Below the pieces are notes generated by a model. It saw only the letters and a list, made by a program, of their open reading frames with translations, searched no databases and was not told the DNA's origin. From Octopus vulgaris (taxonomy: Eukaryota), in assembly GCA_951406725.2 (NCBI GenBank), contig OX597830.1, forward strand, positions 34,348,001 through 34,412,000: DNA of 64,000 nucleotides. The letters are read 5' to 3'. Shown here piece after piece: positions 39,517 to 54,149 of the stretch (the stretch's first letter is position 1; the number at the start of each line of letters is the position of its first letter). Made by a program: the position numbers and the translations under genes.

Positions 39517-39754
39517 TTGTTCTTACTGCTATTCACTTGTGCCTCTGGGGAAAATAAGTTGATGAAAATACAGCTAGGATCATAACGAATGTCCTCTTAA
39601 AATTGGAGCAATATGCGTGATAATTTATGGACGTGCATAAATTACATTCACGTACACACACACACATCCTGCCTTTTATATATATACAGATATCCATCTA
39701 TACATCTTATATCTATCTATCTGTTTATCTATCTGCCCATTTATCTATCTACCG

Positions 39755-39844
<90 letters not shown>

Positions 39845-40312
39845 TTATCTACCGATCTATCAATCAGTCAAACAATCAATCAGTCATTATCTGTTGTAGG
39901 TTACTACGTATGGTATTTTGCTATCGATATAAATGAGAAAAGAATCTTTTCTTGGAAGACAGGGTTTAGAGTGTAACAGAAAAGGAACTTTTGCTTGAGC
40001 ATATGTTTGAATATGTGTTTCGGTTCTCTCCATATTGCATAGTAGTGTAAATAATGTGTTCCAGCCATAAGATTTGAATCTAGTTTTCTATCAAACCATG
40101 TCTGGCCAGGGAAAATATTATCTTGCTTAGAAATATGTGAGGGTTGGCAACAGAGAGAGTATCCACTCAAAAACTCTGCTTCAATAAATTTTATCTGGTC
40201 CTGTCAGCAGCAGAAAGTTAATATTAATTCAATGTTGGGGAAATGAAGATTATATGAAAATACCTACATATATATATACACACACACACATACCTGTGTA
40301 TACATATATATA

Positions 40313-40497
40313 GGGGAAATTCACAAAAAAGCAAACAAAAGACGAAGACAGGTGATGTAGACAACAAACAGATGTATTAGTATACCTCTTGGGAAGTGAA
40401 AAAGTCTTTAACATTCCGAGCCTACGCTCTTCCACAAAAAGAAACAAGGATAGAAAATAGAGAATGTATAGTGGCTAGCGGTCTATCATGGCGAAGG
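40313..40497 (-). mobile_element. Penelope-like pLTR fragment, family E
   Basis: Reverse complement aligns with 23981-24172. Confidence 0.7.
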
Positions 40498-41381
40498 TAT
40501 ACATACACTGCAATCATATATGTACGTCTCTGTGCATGTATTGATATATATATATATATATATATGTGCGTGTGTGTGTGTTTGTTTTATGTTTGTTTTT
40601 AGATCTGGTTTCTCATGCTTGCATGGGTTAGGTGAATATGCACTTCATTGCTCTATCAATTCTTCCTTCTATTGTCCTTAAAATAGTAATATTAATAAAG
40701 TCATTTTAAGTGCATACAGCTACAATTCAGGATTTTTAAAGAAATCTCTTCAGGTTGAAAAAAAAGAAAATCGGAGAATTAATAGACAAGAAATCAAAAC
40801 TAAACCAAAAAAGAACCTATTTCCAATTTTCAGAACTCTCCTATGTGGCTTTTTACTAATCTGTACCAAAAAGACAAACCAAAGCAAAAAACGAAAAATA
40901 CATTTTTCTTAACAAATTCTTAAGCCTTCTACTTGCCATATCTTATTATTTTTCTTGTTATCAAATTATTACAACATATTTATAACATATTTGATAATAT
41001 TCCTGTTACTTTTCTTTTACATTTCATATTAACACTTAACTATATTTCAATTTATAATCTTTTTTCAATTGGTATACATACATTGCAATCATATATGTAC
41101 GTCTATGTGCATTTATTGATATATATATATATACATATATATATGAATTTTTTATCCTACTTTTATGTGGAAGTGTATTTATTTCTTGCAAACACATTAA
41201 GAAGAAAACTTTGTTACAGATACATGTATCATTATAGGCATACATCCAAGTATGAAGAAATGAATGCAAAGTGATCATACATACATACATATATATATAT
41301 ATACATACACAAACACACATCTCTATACATATTGGTCCACTTAGACACACTCTTATGTATCTATCTATATCCATGAATCTA

Positions 41382-41511
<130 letters not shown>

Positions 41512-42290
41512 AAGATTTATATAGACACTTTTTTGTGTAATACTGCTGCTCTAGTGTTGGGTTTTGGAGCATATTCAGCATAATTTCAATTCTATAAAAT
41601 AAATAAATAAATAAAATAAATTAACAAATCTAAGAAAATCATAATAATGATAAAAATAATAATTATAAAGAAGATGAAAACTGACAATAATCTCCATAAT
41701 AAACGACAAAAAGGAAAAAAAACACATACATTGAACCAGAAAACGAATATGAAAGTAGAAATCTTACATATAATAATAATAATAATGATAATAATAATTT
41801 TAGAGTTTTAATTTTTTTCTATGAAACATTAGTTTTATTGACAATTTTCTGGTGCCATTTCATTCACAGAACTCACTTTTATAAACACACACAAGCACTC
41901 ACGTATAAACACATGCAGCCATATATTCAAGCACAGGTACATACACTTGTCGATAGAAGTATATATAAAAAAAATTAGTAGTCTTTTTATCATGTATACA
42001 TACTCACTAACATATATATATATACATATATTTATATATACATACATATATATATGTACAAATTCATACACAGAAACATATATACTTGCTTACATTCATA
42101 TATGTATGTGTGTGTATGTGCTTGTGTATGTGTGTGTATGTGCCTGTGTATGTGTACATGTTCTGATATTATAAATGGCTACTTTTTTCTTTTATCAGAA
42201 TATCAGGCAATTAACGTTTCCATGATTCCTATAAATCTTGTAAATCAAAAGTAATCAGTCTTTTAAAAATCATATTTTTTTGTAATATAA

Positions 42291-42376
<86 letters not shown>

Positions 42377-43347
42377 ATATGTAATAAACTTTAGTAAGAA
42401 TTGTACAAATTTATAAAAGTTCTTATGAGTTATCTTCTAATATTTTTTCATTTCTACAATTTTTTAAGACTTCTATCTTACACACACATACATACGTACA
42501 CACATACACAAATATATATTTCTTTTTTATTAAAGATTAGATGCTTCACTTCTACCATGTTAAATAAACATCTGTATATATATATATATACACATATTGT
42601 ACATTTGATGCATTAAAACATAATATACATATATATATATATGTGGTTTGTGACATTCTTATCGATACTCTTAAATTCATATCTTTTCTTATACACACTT
42701 CTCTGTGCTTGTATGCCAAGTGTATGTGTATGCTTGTGTCCAGTGTGTGGACATGTCAACAATTCTGTGTGTGTGTGTGTTACAGATTGCAAGCTTGAAG
42801 CATTTTAGTTGTTGTTGTCATTGTTGTTAATGCCAGAGATGCTAACGGTGGTGGTGGTGGTTGCAATGGTGATAGATAAAGAAAAAAAAACTGGAAACAA
42901 ACAAGAGAGACGGAAAATCTGATAAGTTGTTTGTTGGGAGTTCTATTAAATATAACCATTTCAAAATTTAGTCATTGATAATGAAATTTGATAAAGATAA
43001 ATTAGAATGGCTCTTGTTGGAGAATTTTTTTAAAAATATATAAGCTGATAAAATTTGTTTATGGTATCACAATCAAAGACAATGGTGGTGTTTATTTACA
43101 ATTTTTTTTTTATACAAGAAAAGCAAAGACTCTTCCAGAATATTTTTCTACCCTACCCATCTCCATAAATATACATCTTAGATTTGATAAAAAAATGCAA
43201 GAAAAAAAACAGAACCCACACATTCGAAAGTAAAATGAAAAACTTCATAATGTTTGGTCTGCCACAGGAATGGATAAAAAAAAATAATAATTTAAAAAAT
43301 ACAAATGCCCTAATATTATCATGTATATATTTTTTCATATTCGCTTT

Positions 43348-43405
<58 letters not shown>

Positions 43406-43756
43406 GTGTGTATATATTTGTGTTTTGTCGATATATACGCGTGTGAATGTTGGTATACAGGTATTTATTTGTTAAGTATTTTTTTTAAGGGGAAGAAGGT
43501 GGGTGTTTTTTTAGGGGAGTTTTCCTTTTATAAAGTGGATTTATGTTTATTTTCAGTGTGATTGCAGTTTTGTTGGTCTGTTGATATGTGCTTTGCTTCT
43601 TTATTTATATCTAATGTGTTCATGGGTGTAAAGAATATATTTTTTTTCATATGAGTTCGTAGTTGTACATAAGCAAATGGGAGAGTGTTTATTTGTTTCT
43701 TTGTAGGATATTTCTACATTTAAATATATATATATGTGCATATATATATGTATATA

Positions 43757-43829
<73 letters not shown>

Positions 43830-44854
43830 TTAATATGTGTGCGGGTGCATTAAATTCATTTTTTTGCGCATGAAAATGCCTATCAGGTTTCGTCAAATTT
43901 TCTTTTTTTATGTTATACAATAGAGTATTTTGTCTTTTAAGTACTTGCCTGGTGTTTTTAAACTTTTTTAAATGTACATTGTGTTTGTGTGTGTGCGTGT
44001 GTGCAATCACCTTTATATGTGTGTGTGTGCAGTTGTGTTTATGGGTATTTGAAAAACAACTTGCAAGGAAGTTTTTAAAAAAAATAAAACTTCAGTCTTT
44101 GCATTTAACAAAAAATCTTAAACTACATCTGGATACACACATTATTGAAGTTCATTGCTTTGCCATTACTGCAAGTTTTATACTAAAGAAGCATTTATCA
44201 GATGGCATAATACTGAAGAGTATTTACATATATATATATTTATATATACCCATACACACATACATATTTATATGCATATGTATATATATACATATACACA
44301 TAACATATATATATATGTATATATATATACACAACATATATATATGTGTGTATGTGTGTGCATACAACGTGTGCATGTATATATGCATGTTTAAACAGAC
44401 ACACACACACATACACATATGTATATATGAATTTATGCATCAGAAGAAGATATGCTATATTCATAAGAACTTACCATACAACTGTGTGGGTGCTTGGTTG
44501 AAATATTGAACTTCAGAACTGAGAGCCTAATTGAACGTAGTTGAGAGAGCCTATCACTTTTCCTGAATAAAAATACTAGTGGGGACTATTTTGCCTTTCA
44601 GACTCACACATAAGATAATATGAACTGCATAAGATGACTGATTCAACTAAACACTATCACTTTATAAAAAAAATTATTTTGTATTTAAAAACAAGGGTGT
44701 TTTCACTGAATAGCCAAGCACAGATTGGTCAGCTTTGGATATGGGAAATGTCATTTTGTTCTGATTCCAGTTTTATTTGCTATTGCATTAAAAGTACTAT
44801 GTAATATGTGTGCAATACTTGATCTTATTTTCTTATGTTTTGTTGTATCTCAAT

Positions 44855-44955
44855 GCTATAGTAGAAGACAGTTGTCCAAAGTACCACACATTGGGACTGA
44901 ACCCAGGACCATGTGGTTGGGAAGCAAGCTTCTTACCACACAGCCATACTTGTGC
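44855..44955 (-). mobile_element. SINE family B head fragment
   Basis: gctatagtagaagaca...ccacacagcc. Confidence 0.8.
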
Positions 44956-45519
44956 CAATAAATGTACTATCATCTGTTGGAACAATTATTTCAATTAGTG
45001 GCAAGAAAATCATGCTGGCTTAATTATTTTTTTTTAATTATCCCCATGACAAGCACTATAATAAAGAATTGATTCCTATTTCTGTCCTGGCATCCTAGTT
45101 GTATTTCAAAATTTCACATGGTCTAATTTCTGGTGTCTGAATCCTGGTATTATATCTTAAGATATTGCCCAAAAAGACTTGTTGCAGTTCTGTCATATCC
45201 ACAAATCAAATCTGTTGTGGATACCATGCACATCTAAACTGTTTATATTCAGTGGATAATATATATTATTATAAATAACAGTGATATTATCCTCCTTGGT
45301 ATATTAACATTTGATACTACAGTCAGCATGAGATATTCTGAGACAGAGGAAAAGCTTTTCTCTATCTTATGGATGTGCATGAAAATGCATAATTACAGTG
45401 CATGGAAGTGCACAATTAACAACAAAACCTATGTGATCTTCACATACCATTAAAATATTGTTCTTAGATTTTACTTTCTTTTTCATATTTTGTCTTTGAT
45501 TTTGGCATTGCTTAACATT

Positions 45520-46050
45520 TTAACCTCTTGACGCCGGTATTACCTGAAGCATGCGAGACACTGCTCCGTTTTTTTTTTATCTAATGAGGCCACACAAACA
45601 CACAAGTGCCAACGAGATCACGTCTATTCACGTTCACCGTTACAATAATATAGCGTCGTACATTTACGTCTACCGGTTTATGAAAACGAACTTTGTGAAG
45701 GTATTTATCATAATATGATATGCACGACTTATTAAGCTCAAGTTCAAAAAATAGCTTGCATGTCGTACAACTCAAAACACGGTATTAAACATGTAAATGA
45801 TCCGCATGCCATTGGTCTATTGCTAGTCTCATGACTTGAACGTAACCTGAAATAGCTAAGATAGTGCACGGGACGGCGAGCGCGTGCACCTAATGAGATA
45901 AAGTACACCATAGCGAACGTAAACATACGTCAGCTGCTAAAAAGTCCATGATAGATGTAGGGCAGCTCTGCATCGTATATTTACGTTAACTGCAGGTAGG
46001 CAAGCAAAAGTGTGATCACATATTTGCATCAACCGTTGTCAAGGGGTTAA
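45520..46050. mobile_element. piggyBac-like non-autonomous element
   Basis: TTAA at both ends; TIRs cctcttgacgccgg / ccgttgtcaagggg; higher GC than the flanks. Confidence 0.75.
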
Positions 46051-46367
46051 GTATCACACTGTCTCACTTTTATGGGAAATTCCTTATAATATGGATATGT
46101 TAGTCATTAAGGTTTTCCTAATATGTTCTTCGTTTTGTGTTTGATGGAACAGCGTTTTGTGACTGTTTCTTTAGATAACTGCCCAGTGACCCTACAAAAG
46201 AATGTTCTATATGAATAGCAAATGAAACAGTTGGAATCATGTTGTTTATGCCTTGTGCATCGAAAACAAAATCTATAAATCTCAATGATAGTCCTTACTT
46301 TTTCTTGAGGTTATTTGCTTGTGATGTAATTTTAATAAAGGGGTCCTAAATTTTATTGTATTATCAG

Positions 46368-46679
46368 CAGTGGTAGACTGGCAAGGTTGCCAGCTTGCCC
46401 GATGGCAAGTGAGCCCCTGCACCATTAGAATGTTAGTATCTAAGAGTGTTAGTATCTAAGGGTCCCATCCTTTCAAGTTTGAGAATTTTCTATTCACTCC
46501 TGGAAGAATGCATTCATTATTTCAGCCTGGCTGTGTTTGTAGACAGTTGAAAAGAATACTTTTAACAACAACAACAAAAATAAATGATAGCATAGTAGTT
46601 GCAGGTGGGCCCTTTCGTAGTTGTGGGTGGGCCCCCTTAGTCTCCTGGCAACCAATATTTTAGACCCAGTCTGCCACTC
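46368..46679. mobile_element. hAT-like MITE
   Basis: TIRs cagtggtagactgg / ccagtctgccactc; 8-bp TSD attatcag / attaacag. Confidence 0.8.
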
Positions 46680-47225
46680 ATTAACAGTGTTAGTTTATTG
46701 TTTAGTGTGACGTGTTTTATGAGAATTTTTTATAATGTGTTTATTCTATGGTTAGTAAGCATTTGGTACTTCAAATGATACATTTTAATGTGCTACTTCT
46801 TTATTCATATACAAGTAATGTATGCATTGAATATGCTCCTATATTTTACTGTGACATTTACATTCAAAATATTCTAGATGCGTCGAAAACATTCTTAGTC
46901 AAAGCTAATTTGCATAATTAAAGTAAAAAGGAGCTAAGAGGAGATAACTCAAAGGGACCAAGGGCAAGAATTTTAATAATAAAATTGACAGGGATTGTAC
47001 TGAATGAAGTATACAATAAATCTTCACATTTTAAAAATATCTAATTCCTCTTGTGTATGTTAAATTGGCGCATATGTTGGAATATATAACTGTATCCTTG
47101 TATGAGTGTATCTATGTATGTACCTATGTATATATGTATGTATGTATACACATATAACTGTTCATTTCATATATGTTCTTTTTGAAATTTAATATTGTAT
47201 ACTATACACACATATATATCTCTTC

Positions 47226-47283
<58 letters not shown>

Positions 47284-47841
47284 GTATGTATATGATTATC
47301 AGAAAGTGGATGCTCAGTTATATTGTGATATTACATGCACTCATGCAAAGACACATGTACATAACATGCACAGTTATTTAAAAACATATTCAAATTAAGC
47401 ACATGCCTCTCCTGATGCAACAAATGCAGTTGGTGCTTATTTATCTTCACCTACCAGACAAACAAACAAATATACACAAGCATTACTTTATATACTACTG
47501 AGAAATTTGCGTATGTATATTTGTCCCCAGCACATGTCAAGCGGAAATATGGATACCAAGAAAAGCGAACCAAAAAGAATCAAAAGTAACAACAAAAAAA
47601 CACGAAAGTGTGAGTAAAACAACAAAAACAAAATTATTCCCAATATCTGCATATATGCCAAAAAAAAAAATAATAATAACAATAACACACTGCTACTGTG
47701 ATTAAACAACAACAATACATATTTGACAAACATCTCTCCTGTGGTAGACAAGGGATTAAAACTATAGAGGAAAAGCTGTACTGTTTGAGCTGTTGTCAGC
47801 TGATGCAAAAGCAGAATAATGTGCTTGTGTATACATATGTT

Positions 47842-47874
<33 letters not shown>

Positions 47875-48447
47875 GTTAATGCATGCATGTGTGTATACAT
47901 GTAAGTTTGTGCACACATGTGTACATTTGGAGAAAATGATTTTCCAAGAGATTTTATACAGGAATTACTAGTAAATAGTTGACTGTAAGTTAGAAAATAT
48001 TTCCATCAAAATGAGATCCTTTAAAGTTTGGATATTTTTGTGAGTTTCCAAAATGAAAACAAAACAGAACAAAAAATAAAGCAGTAAAAAGAGTAACAAA
48101 AGACTCATTGAGTTCTTCATGGTAGTGGTGGTGGTGGTTCTTTTAGTGATAGTAGTGATGGTGGTAGAGGGATGATAATGCTGTTGGGAGTAACGAAGGC
48201 GATAGTGATGTTAATGATACTGGTGATAAAGATTTTTATCATATTGATGACAATGACGATGAGGATGATGTCAGTGGTAGTTTTGATGATGATGATGGGA
48301 GTGTGTAAAGACGGTAGCATTGGTGATGATGATGATAGTGGCAGTGGTATTAGATGTTGTAGTGTATTTCCTTTCATTATACGTTCTCAAATTTATATTT
48401 ATATATTTTCATATTTATATTTATATATATAATTTATATTTATATAT

Positions 48448-48840
48448 ACTCTTTACTCTTTTACTTGTTTCAATCACTTGACTGTGGCCATGCTGGAGCA
48501 CTGCCTTTAGTTGAGCAAATCGACACCAGGACTTATTCTTTGGAAGCCTAGTACTTATTCCATCGGTCTCTTTTGCCGAACCACTAAGTTACGAGGACAT
48601 AAACGCACCAGCATCGGTTGTCAAGTGATGTTGGGGGACAAACACAGACACAAACACACACATATATACATATACATATACAACAGGCTTCTTTGAGTTT
48701 CCGTCTACCAAATCCACTCACAAGGCTTTTGTCATCCCAAGGCTAGAGTAGAAGACACTTGCCCAAGGTGCCACGCAGTGGGACTGAACCCGGAACCATG
48801 TAGTTCGTAGGCAAGCTACTTACCACACAGCCACTCCTAT
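48448..48840 (-). mobile_element. SINE family B, full length
   Basis: Reverse complement of family B. Confidence 0.92.
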
Positions 48841-49319
48841 ATTTTCTATATTTATATGTTTTGGTTGTCCTGTATTATTGGCAAATATGATTATTGATTG
48901 TGTTCCTGTGGCTTCTGAATTTATCATTGCTGAATTGGTGTCACTGGTGGTGCCAACGTTGGTGGTACCTTTCCGCTTCCTGCTCCAATCAAATTTGTAC
49001 CTTTCACTTCAAAAAGAATTAGATCTATGGGGTATTTATCGACAAACTTATTAAAACTTTTGTTCCTCAGTCATAATCTTTTGTAGTTAGAAGTGTTTTC
49101 ATTGTGTTTGTGTTCATAGCTTCTTGTGTGTTCGTGTATGTGTGTATGTGTGCTTCTGTGTGTGTGTGCATGCTTATTTGTGTCTATGATAAGCTTAAAA
49201 TACATGTGTGAAAGTAAATGCTTGAATACATATAATCCTGTAAACATACATGTATGTATGTATGTATGTATGTATGTATGTATGTATGTATGTATGTATG
49301 TATGTATGTATGTATGTAT

Positions 49320-49374
<55 letters not shown>

Positions 49375-49471
49375 CACATATATATATATATACACATATA
49401 TGTATGTGTATGTATATATATATGTACAGATGTGTGTGTGTGCGTGTGTGTGTGTGTGCGAGTCTGTTTAA

Positions 49472-49890
49472 TACTCTTTACTCTTTACTTTTACTTGTTT
49501 TAGTCATTTGACTGTGACCATGCTGAAGCACCGCCTTTAGTCAAGCAAATCGATCCCAGGACTTATTCTTTGTAAGCCTAGTACTTATGCTATCGGTCTC
49601 TTTTGCTGAACCGCTAAGTTACAGGGACATAAATACACCAGCGTCGGTTGTCAAGCGATATTGGGGGGACAAACACAGACACACAAACATATACACACAT
49701 GTACACACATATATATACATATATACTACAGGCTTCTTTCAGTTTCTGTCTGCCAAATCCACTTGCAAAGCTTTGGTCGGCACGAAGCTATAGTAGAAGA
49801 CACTTACCCAGGGAACCACGCAGTGGGATTGAACCCAAAACCATGTGGTTGGTAAGCAAACTACTTACCACACAGCCACTCCTTCGCCTA
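49472..49890 (-). mobile_element. SINE family B, full length
   Basis: Reverse complement of family B. Confidence 0.92.
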
Positions 49891-50173
49891 TGTACCGGCA
49901 TATAAAATATAGATCTGTAAATGTATTATATCTATCTTCTATTATATATATATATATATATACACACACATATACACACACACACATATATACATGTATA
50001 CATACACACACACACGCACATAAACACACACATAGATCGGTAGAGAGAAAAGCAGCTGCACCAATGCATTGTGGAGTACAGAAAGCAAGATGCAGCAATT
50101 GAAACATTTTGATCATCCATTCATCCGTCTTCTTTCCTAACAATCAGTCATCCTTCACCCAGAATGACTAGAT

Positions 50174-50436
50174 CAGGCCTTCTCAACTAAGGGGAGGATG
50201 GTCATATAACCCTTGGGGTTCCATATAAAATGTTGTTGTTAAAATTCATGCGCAATAAATTGCTTATATTTCTAAAATACATAAAATGTTGTAAGAATTA
50301 TTTTTATGTAATTCCTGATAATTTTTAATTATAAAAACATACAAAGAATTTTTAAGCATCGAATGGCTATGAGGGTCCATCCAGGTAAAATATGAATGTA
50401 AGGGGCCCGTAAGAGAAAATTGGTTGAGAACCACTA
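50174..50436. mobile_element. hAT (Charlie-like) MITE
   Basis: caggccttctcaact / ggttgagaaccacta termini; degenerate 8-bp TSD gactagat / gagcagat. Confidence 0.6.
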
Positions 50437-50670
50437 GAGCAGATGGCCCTTGTTGCTTCAATGAATGAACATGTACAACGAGAGGAAGTTGTAGGGGCTG
50501 TAGTGGTGAATGCCGCCAGACGAACGAGAGAGAAAATCTGGAGGGTAACAGGGTGGGTAACAGAGGTGGGTAACAGAGTGTTGGGTGGTAGTGGAGTAGG
50601 ATAAGTATAACAGAGTAAAGCTAGAATTTATTGGGTAGGTAGAGGTGAGTTAGGCATATATATATATATA

Positions 50671-50893
50671 CTTTATTTAACGCAGCAGAAAATTCAACAA
50701 AACCTTTTACTCTGAGTTTCCCGTTGCCGTTCATCGGACAGTTTTTGCAAAAACTGTCCGATAAACGGCAACGGGAAACTCAGAGTAATAGGTTTTGTTG
50801 AATTTTCTGCTGCTTTAAATAAAGCATATTACTCTACAACTGGTATTTGAGTACTCTTTTTTCCACCTTGTTTCACATTTATGTGTTTACTCC

Positions 50894-50895
<2 letters not shown>
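50671..50895 (+). mobile_element. Penelope-like pLTR fragment with spacer-less fold-back palindrome and HHR motif
   Basis: Arms 50671-50747 / 50748-50824 (3 mismatches); CUGU-CCGAUGA-ACGGCAACGG-GAAAC-UCAGA-GUA. Confidence 0.7.
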
Positions 50896-50936
<41 letters not shown>

Positions 50937-51149
50937 GCACATAACAGGATTCTTTCAGTTTCCATCTACCAATTCCATTCAGATTAATATATGCTTGTGT
51001 GTATATATGTGTGTGACTGATGAGAAAAACTCAGCTCTGAATATTCCATGTATTGCGTCTGTCTAATTTCACATCCATTAAATTTTCGTCTAGATTCCTG
51101 TTTGCTCTTCTTTTCCCAGTTGTATTCTTTCTGTTGAACCCTTACCGGA

Positions 51150-51345
51150 TTCATCATGGTAGATCACTAACCATTAAACCTATTTTTATTTTCTCTCCCT
51201 GTTTATTTCTGTGTTCTTTTCTGTCAAAGAGTGTAAGCTCGAAACATAAAAATACTTTCTCACTTCCTGAGCATTAAACTAATACACCTGTTTGTTGTTT
51301 ACACACTCATCTTCGTCTTTTGTTTTTTTGTAAATTTTCACCATG
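51150..51345 (+). mobile_element. Penelope-like pLTR fragment, family E
   Basis: ttctgtcaaagagtgtaagctcgaaacataaaa...cttcgtcttttgttt aligns with 23981-24172. Confidence 0.65.
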
Positions 51346-51405
51346 TATATATATATATATATATATATATCTTTATATATGTGTATATATATGTGTATAT
51401 AAATG

Positions 51406-51436
<31 letters not shown>

Positions 51437-51587
51437 GTCTTTATATATGTGTATAAATGTATGTATATATATATATATATGTATTTATATATGTGTATAT
51501 ATGTATGTATATATATATATACATTAATATATGTGTATATATGTATGTATGTATGTATGCATATATATATATGCATTAATATATGTG

Positions 51588-51619
<32 letters not shown>

Positions 51620-52471
51620 CATATATATATATATGTATGTGTGTGTGTGTGTTTCACCGTGTGTGTATATATACATATCAAAGTGAAAGGCCAAATATTT
51701 GTCCTGCATGCTGTGGTTGTAAGAAGTTACTTAACATTTCATGATCAGGGATTCTCCTGGAAAGGCCATCGTTTTTGTTTTGAATTTTGATGGAATATGA
51801 GAATGTAGGAATTGGTATGTTTAAGAACTTTTCCACGTGCTTTTAGTTGAGTAAATAAATCAAACTTGGGTTGAAGAATTAGTTTGCCTGAATCTTACTT
51901 TTTATGCTACAGCACTTACCTCACCCACCCTCTCCACCACCACCACCACCCTAAACCGCTCCCCCTTCCCCTGCTCCACCCCTTACACATAGACACAGCA
52001 AAACCTGAAAACCTGTTAACCAATTTGATGTTGAGTCATTCAAGCATTGCAACCGCACATCAGTAATGTTTCTAAGACACCATTCCTCTTGAAAACCTTC
52101 CACAAATTTTAGATACCATATTCACATATACCCACACACACACAGGCACACGCGTTCACACATACACATACACACACACATACACGCACTAGAACAGTTG
52201 CATTTAAAACTATTCTTTACTTCCATATGTGAAGATTTATACACATTTATCTGTGTATGTATTCATGTGTGTCTTAATGTTTGAATTCATGCATGTGTAT
52301 ATCATATATATATATTCTGTGTATGAGAGTGTTTACGTATATATCTGTGTGTGTATGTATGTATATATATATATATGTGTGTGTGTGTGTAGTGTGTAAA
52401 TATATACGTGTATGTATTGATATATATATGTATGTATATATATATATATATAAATATATATATATATGATT

Positions 52472-52506
<35 letters not shown>

Positions 52507-53098
52507 AATATATATATGTATGTATGTATATATATATATATATATATACATATGTGTGTGTGTGTGTGTGTACTCAATATGCAAACAATCAAACATTCTG
52601 CCAGACAAACATATATTAAATGAAGCATTGGTTGTAGGCAGAAATCTATTCTATCTTCCACCAGCCTATTTTAAATTACCATTGATCTAATGATATCTAG
52701 ATACTGTGAAAAAAAACTTCCACACCTCTTCTTTCTTGTGAAATTGACTTAAAGAAGGGCAGTGTGATCTGTTGCTTGAACACTTCACTGATAAAATGAC
52801 ACGAGGTGAGGCAGGGGGCATAATAAAGAGACTTACCATAATCATCTTTTAAGTTTTAATCGTCTTTTTCCATCGAAAGTAAAGGTGCTTTATTGCTTTA
52901 CACTTGACAGGCGCAGACACTCATACACACATTCGTACTTCACTCTCACACATACACATGGACACACATATGTCACACACTGATTCCTACAGATATATAC
53001 ATAAATCCACAGAAACATCAATATATATACATACATACATGCACACAATAAAAAACATACATACATATATATGCATACATCAAAAGAGATGTACATAA

Positions 53099-53130
<32 letters not shown>

Positions 53131-53594
53131 ACACACATATATATATGTCTGTGTCTGTCTGTATGTATGTATGTATATATTCATGTACATATACATTCAA
53201 CAGAACGTGATCATGAACTGTAGATCTTTCAGGGCTTACTAGATGCAGATAAGTTCATGCATAAATATTGGTTCCTTGTGACTAAACACACCAAGGCATT
53301 ATATATTTTGGGGAAGAAAAAATGTGATATTTAGAGGTTGATGGAATTTCCAAGGGCATTAAGGACATAAACGAAGTAAAGTGGGTTGTATTAAGTGATG
53401 TCCCCTTATTGAACCCTTTTGTTTTGTTTTGTTCAAGACTGTTTTCCATTGAATATGAATATCTAAATTATGCTCAGTTTTTGTAACCATGACCACTCAC
53501 CAGGTACTCAAATATTCTCCATAGAAGATTGCCTTCAGATAAATATTTGAGATGGTATGATAAAAGATATTTTGTTGGTATATGAATGTCGTTT

Positions 53595-54127
53595 GGTGGT
53601 TAGATTATTTGGATTGTGGTCCTGAGTTTGATTCCAATCAATGTATTTTGTCCTTGAGCAAGACTCTTTATTTCGCAATTGCTCCAGTCCACTCATCTGT
53701 CAAAAATGAATTGTACCTGTATTTCAAAGGACCAGCCTTGTCACATTCTGTGTCACGCTGAAGGCAACGAGCTGGCAGAATCGTTAGCATGCCAGATGAA
53801 ATGCGTAGCAGTATTTCGTCTGACTTTACATTCTGAGTTCAAATTCCAGTGAGGTTGACTTTGCCTTCCTTTCATCCTTTTGTAGTCGATAAATTAAGTA
53901 CCAGTCGCATACTGAGGTCGATCTAATCCACTGGCACCATCCCCCAAAATGTTGGGCCTTGTGCCTCGAGTAGAAAAGATTCTGTATCATGCTGAATGTC
54001 CCTGTGAACTATGTCGAGAGTGCATGTGTCTGCAGAGTGCTTAGCCATTTGTACATTAATTTCATGAGCAGGCTGTTCCATTGATCAGATCTACTAGAGC
54101 TTTGTCATTGTAACTGACAGAGTGCCT
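53595..54127 (+). mobile_element. Family A-related SINE with a nested family C SINE (53761-53980)
   Basis: TSD attctgtgtcacgctgaa / attctgtatcatgctgaa flanks the nested copy. Confidence 0.8.
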
Positions 54128-54149
54128 GTGAGTATGTCAATTTACATAG

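Noticed and set aside
45030-45400. Possible decayed RLE-LINE 3' end on the minus strand
   Set aside because: Only a weak LQQVFLG/NILR resemblance; insufficient evidence
48900-49075. Non-repetitive island with short open frames on both strands
   Set aside because: No splice signals or motif to choose a frame
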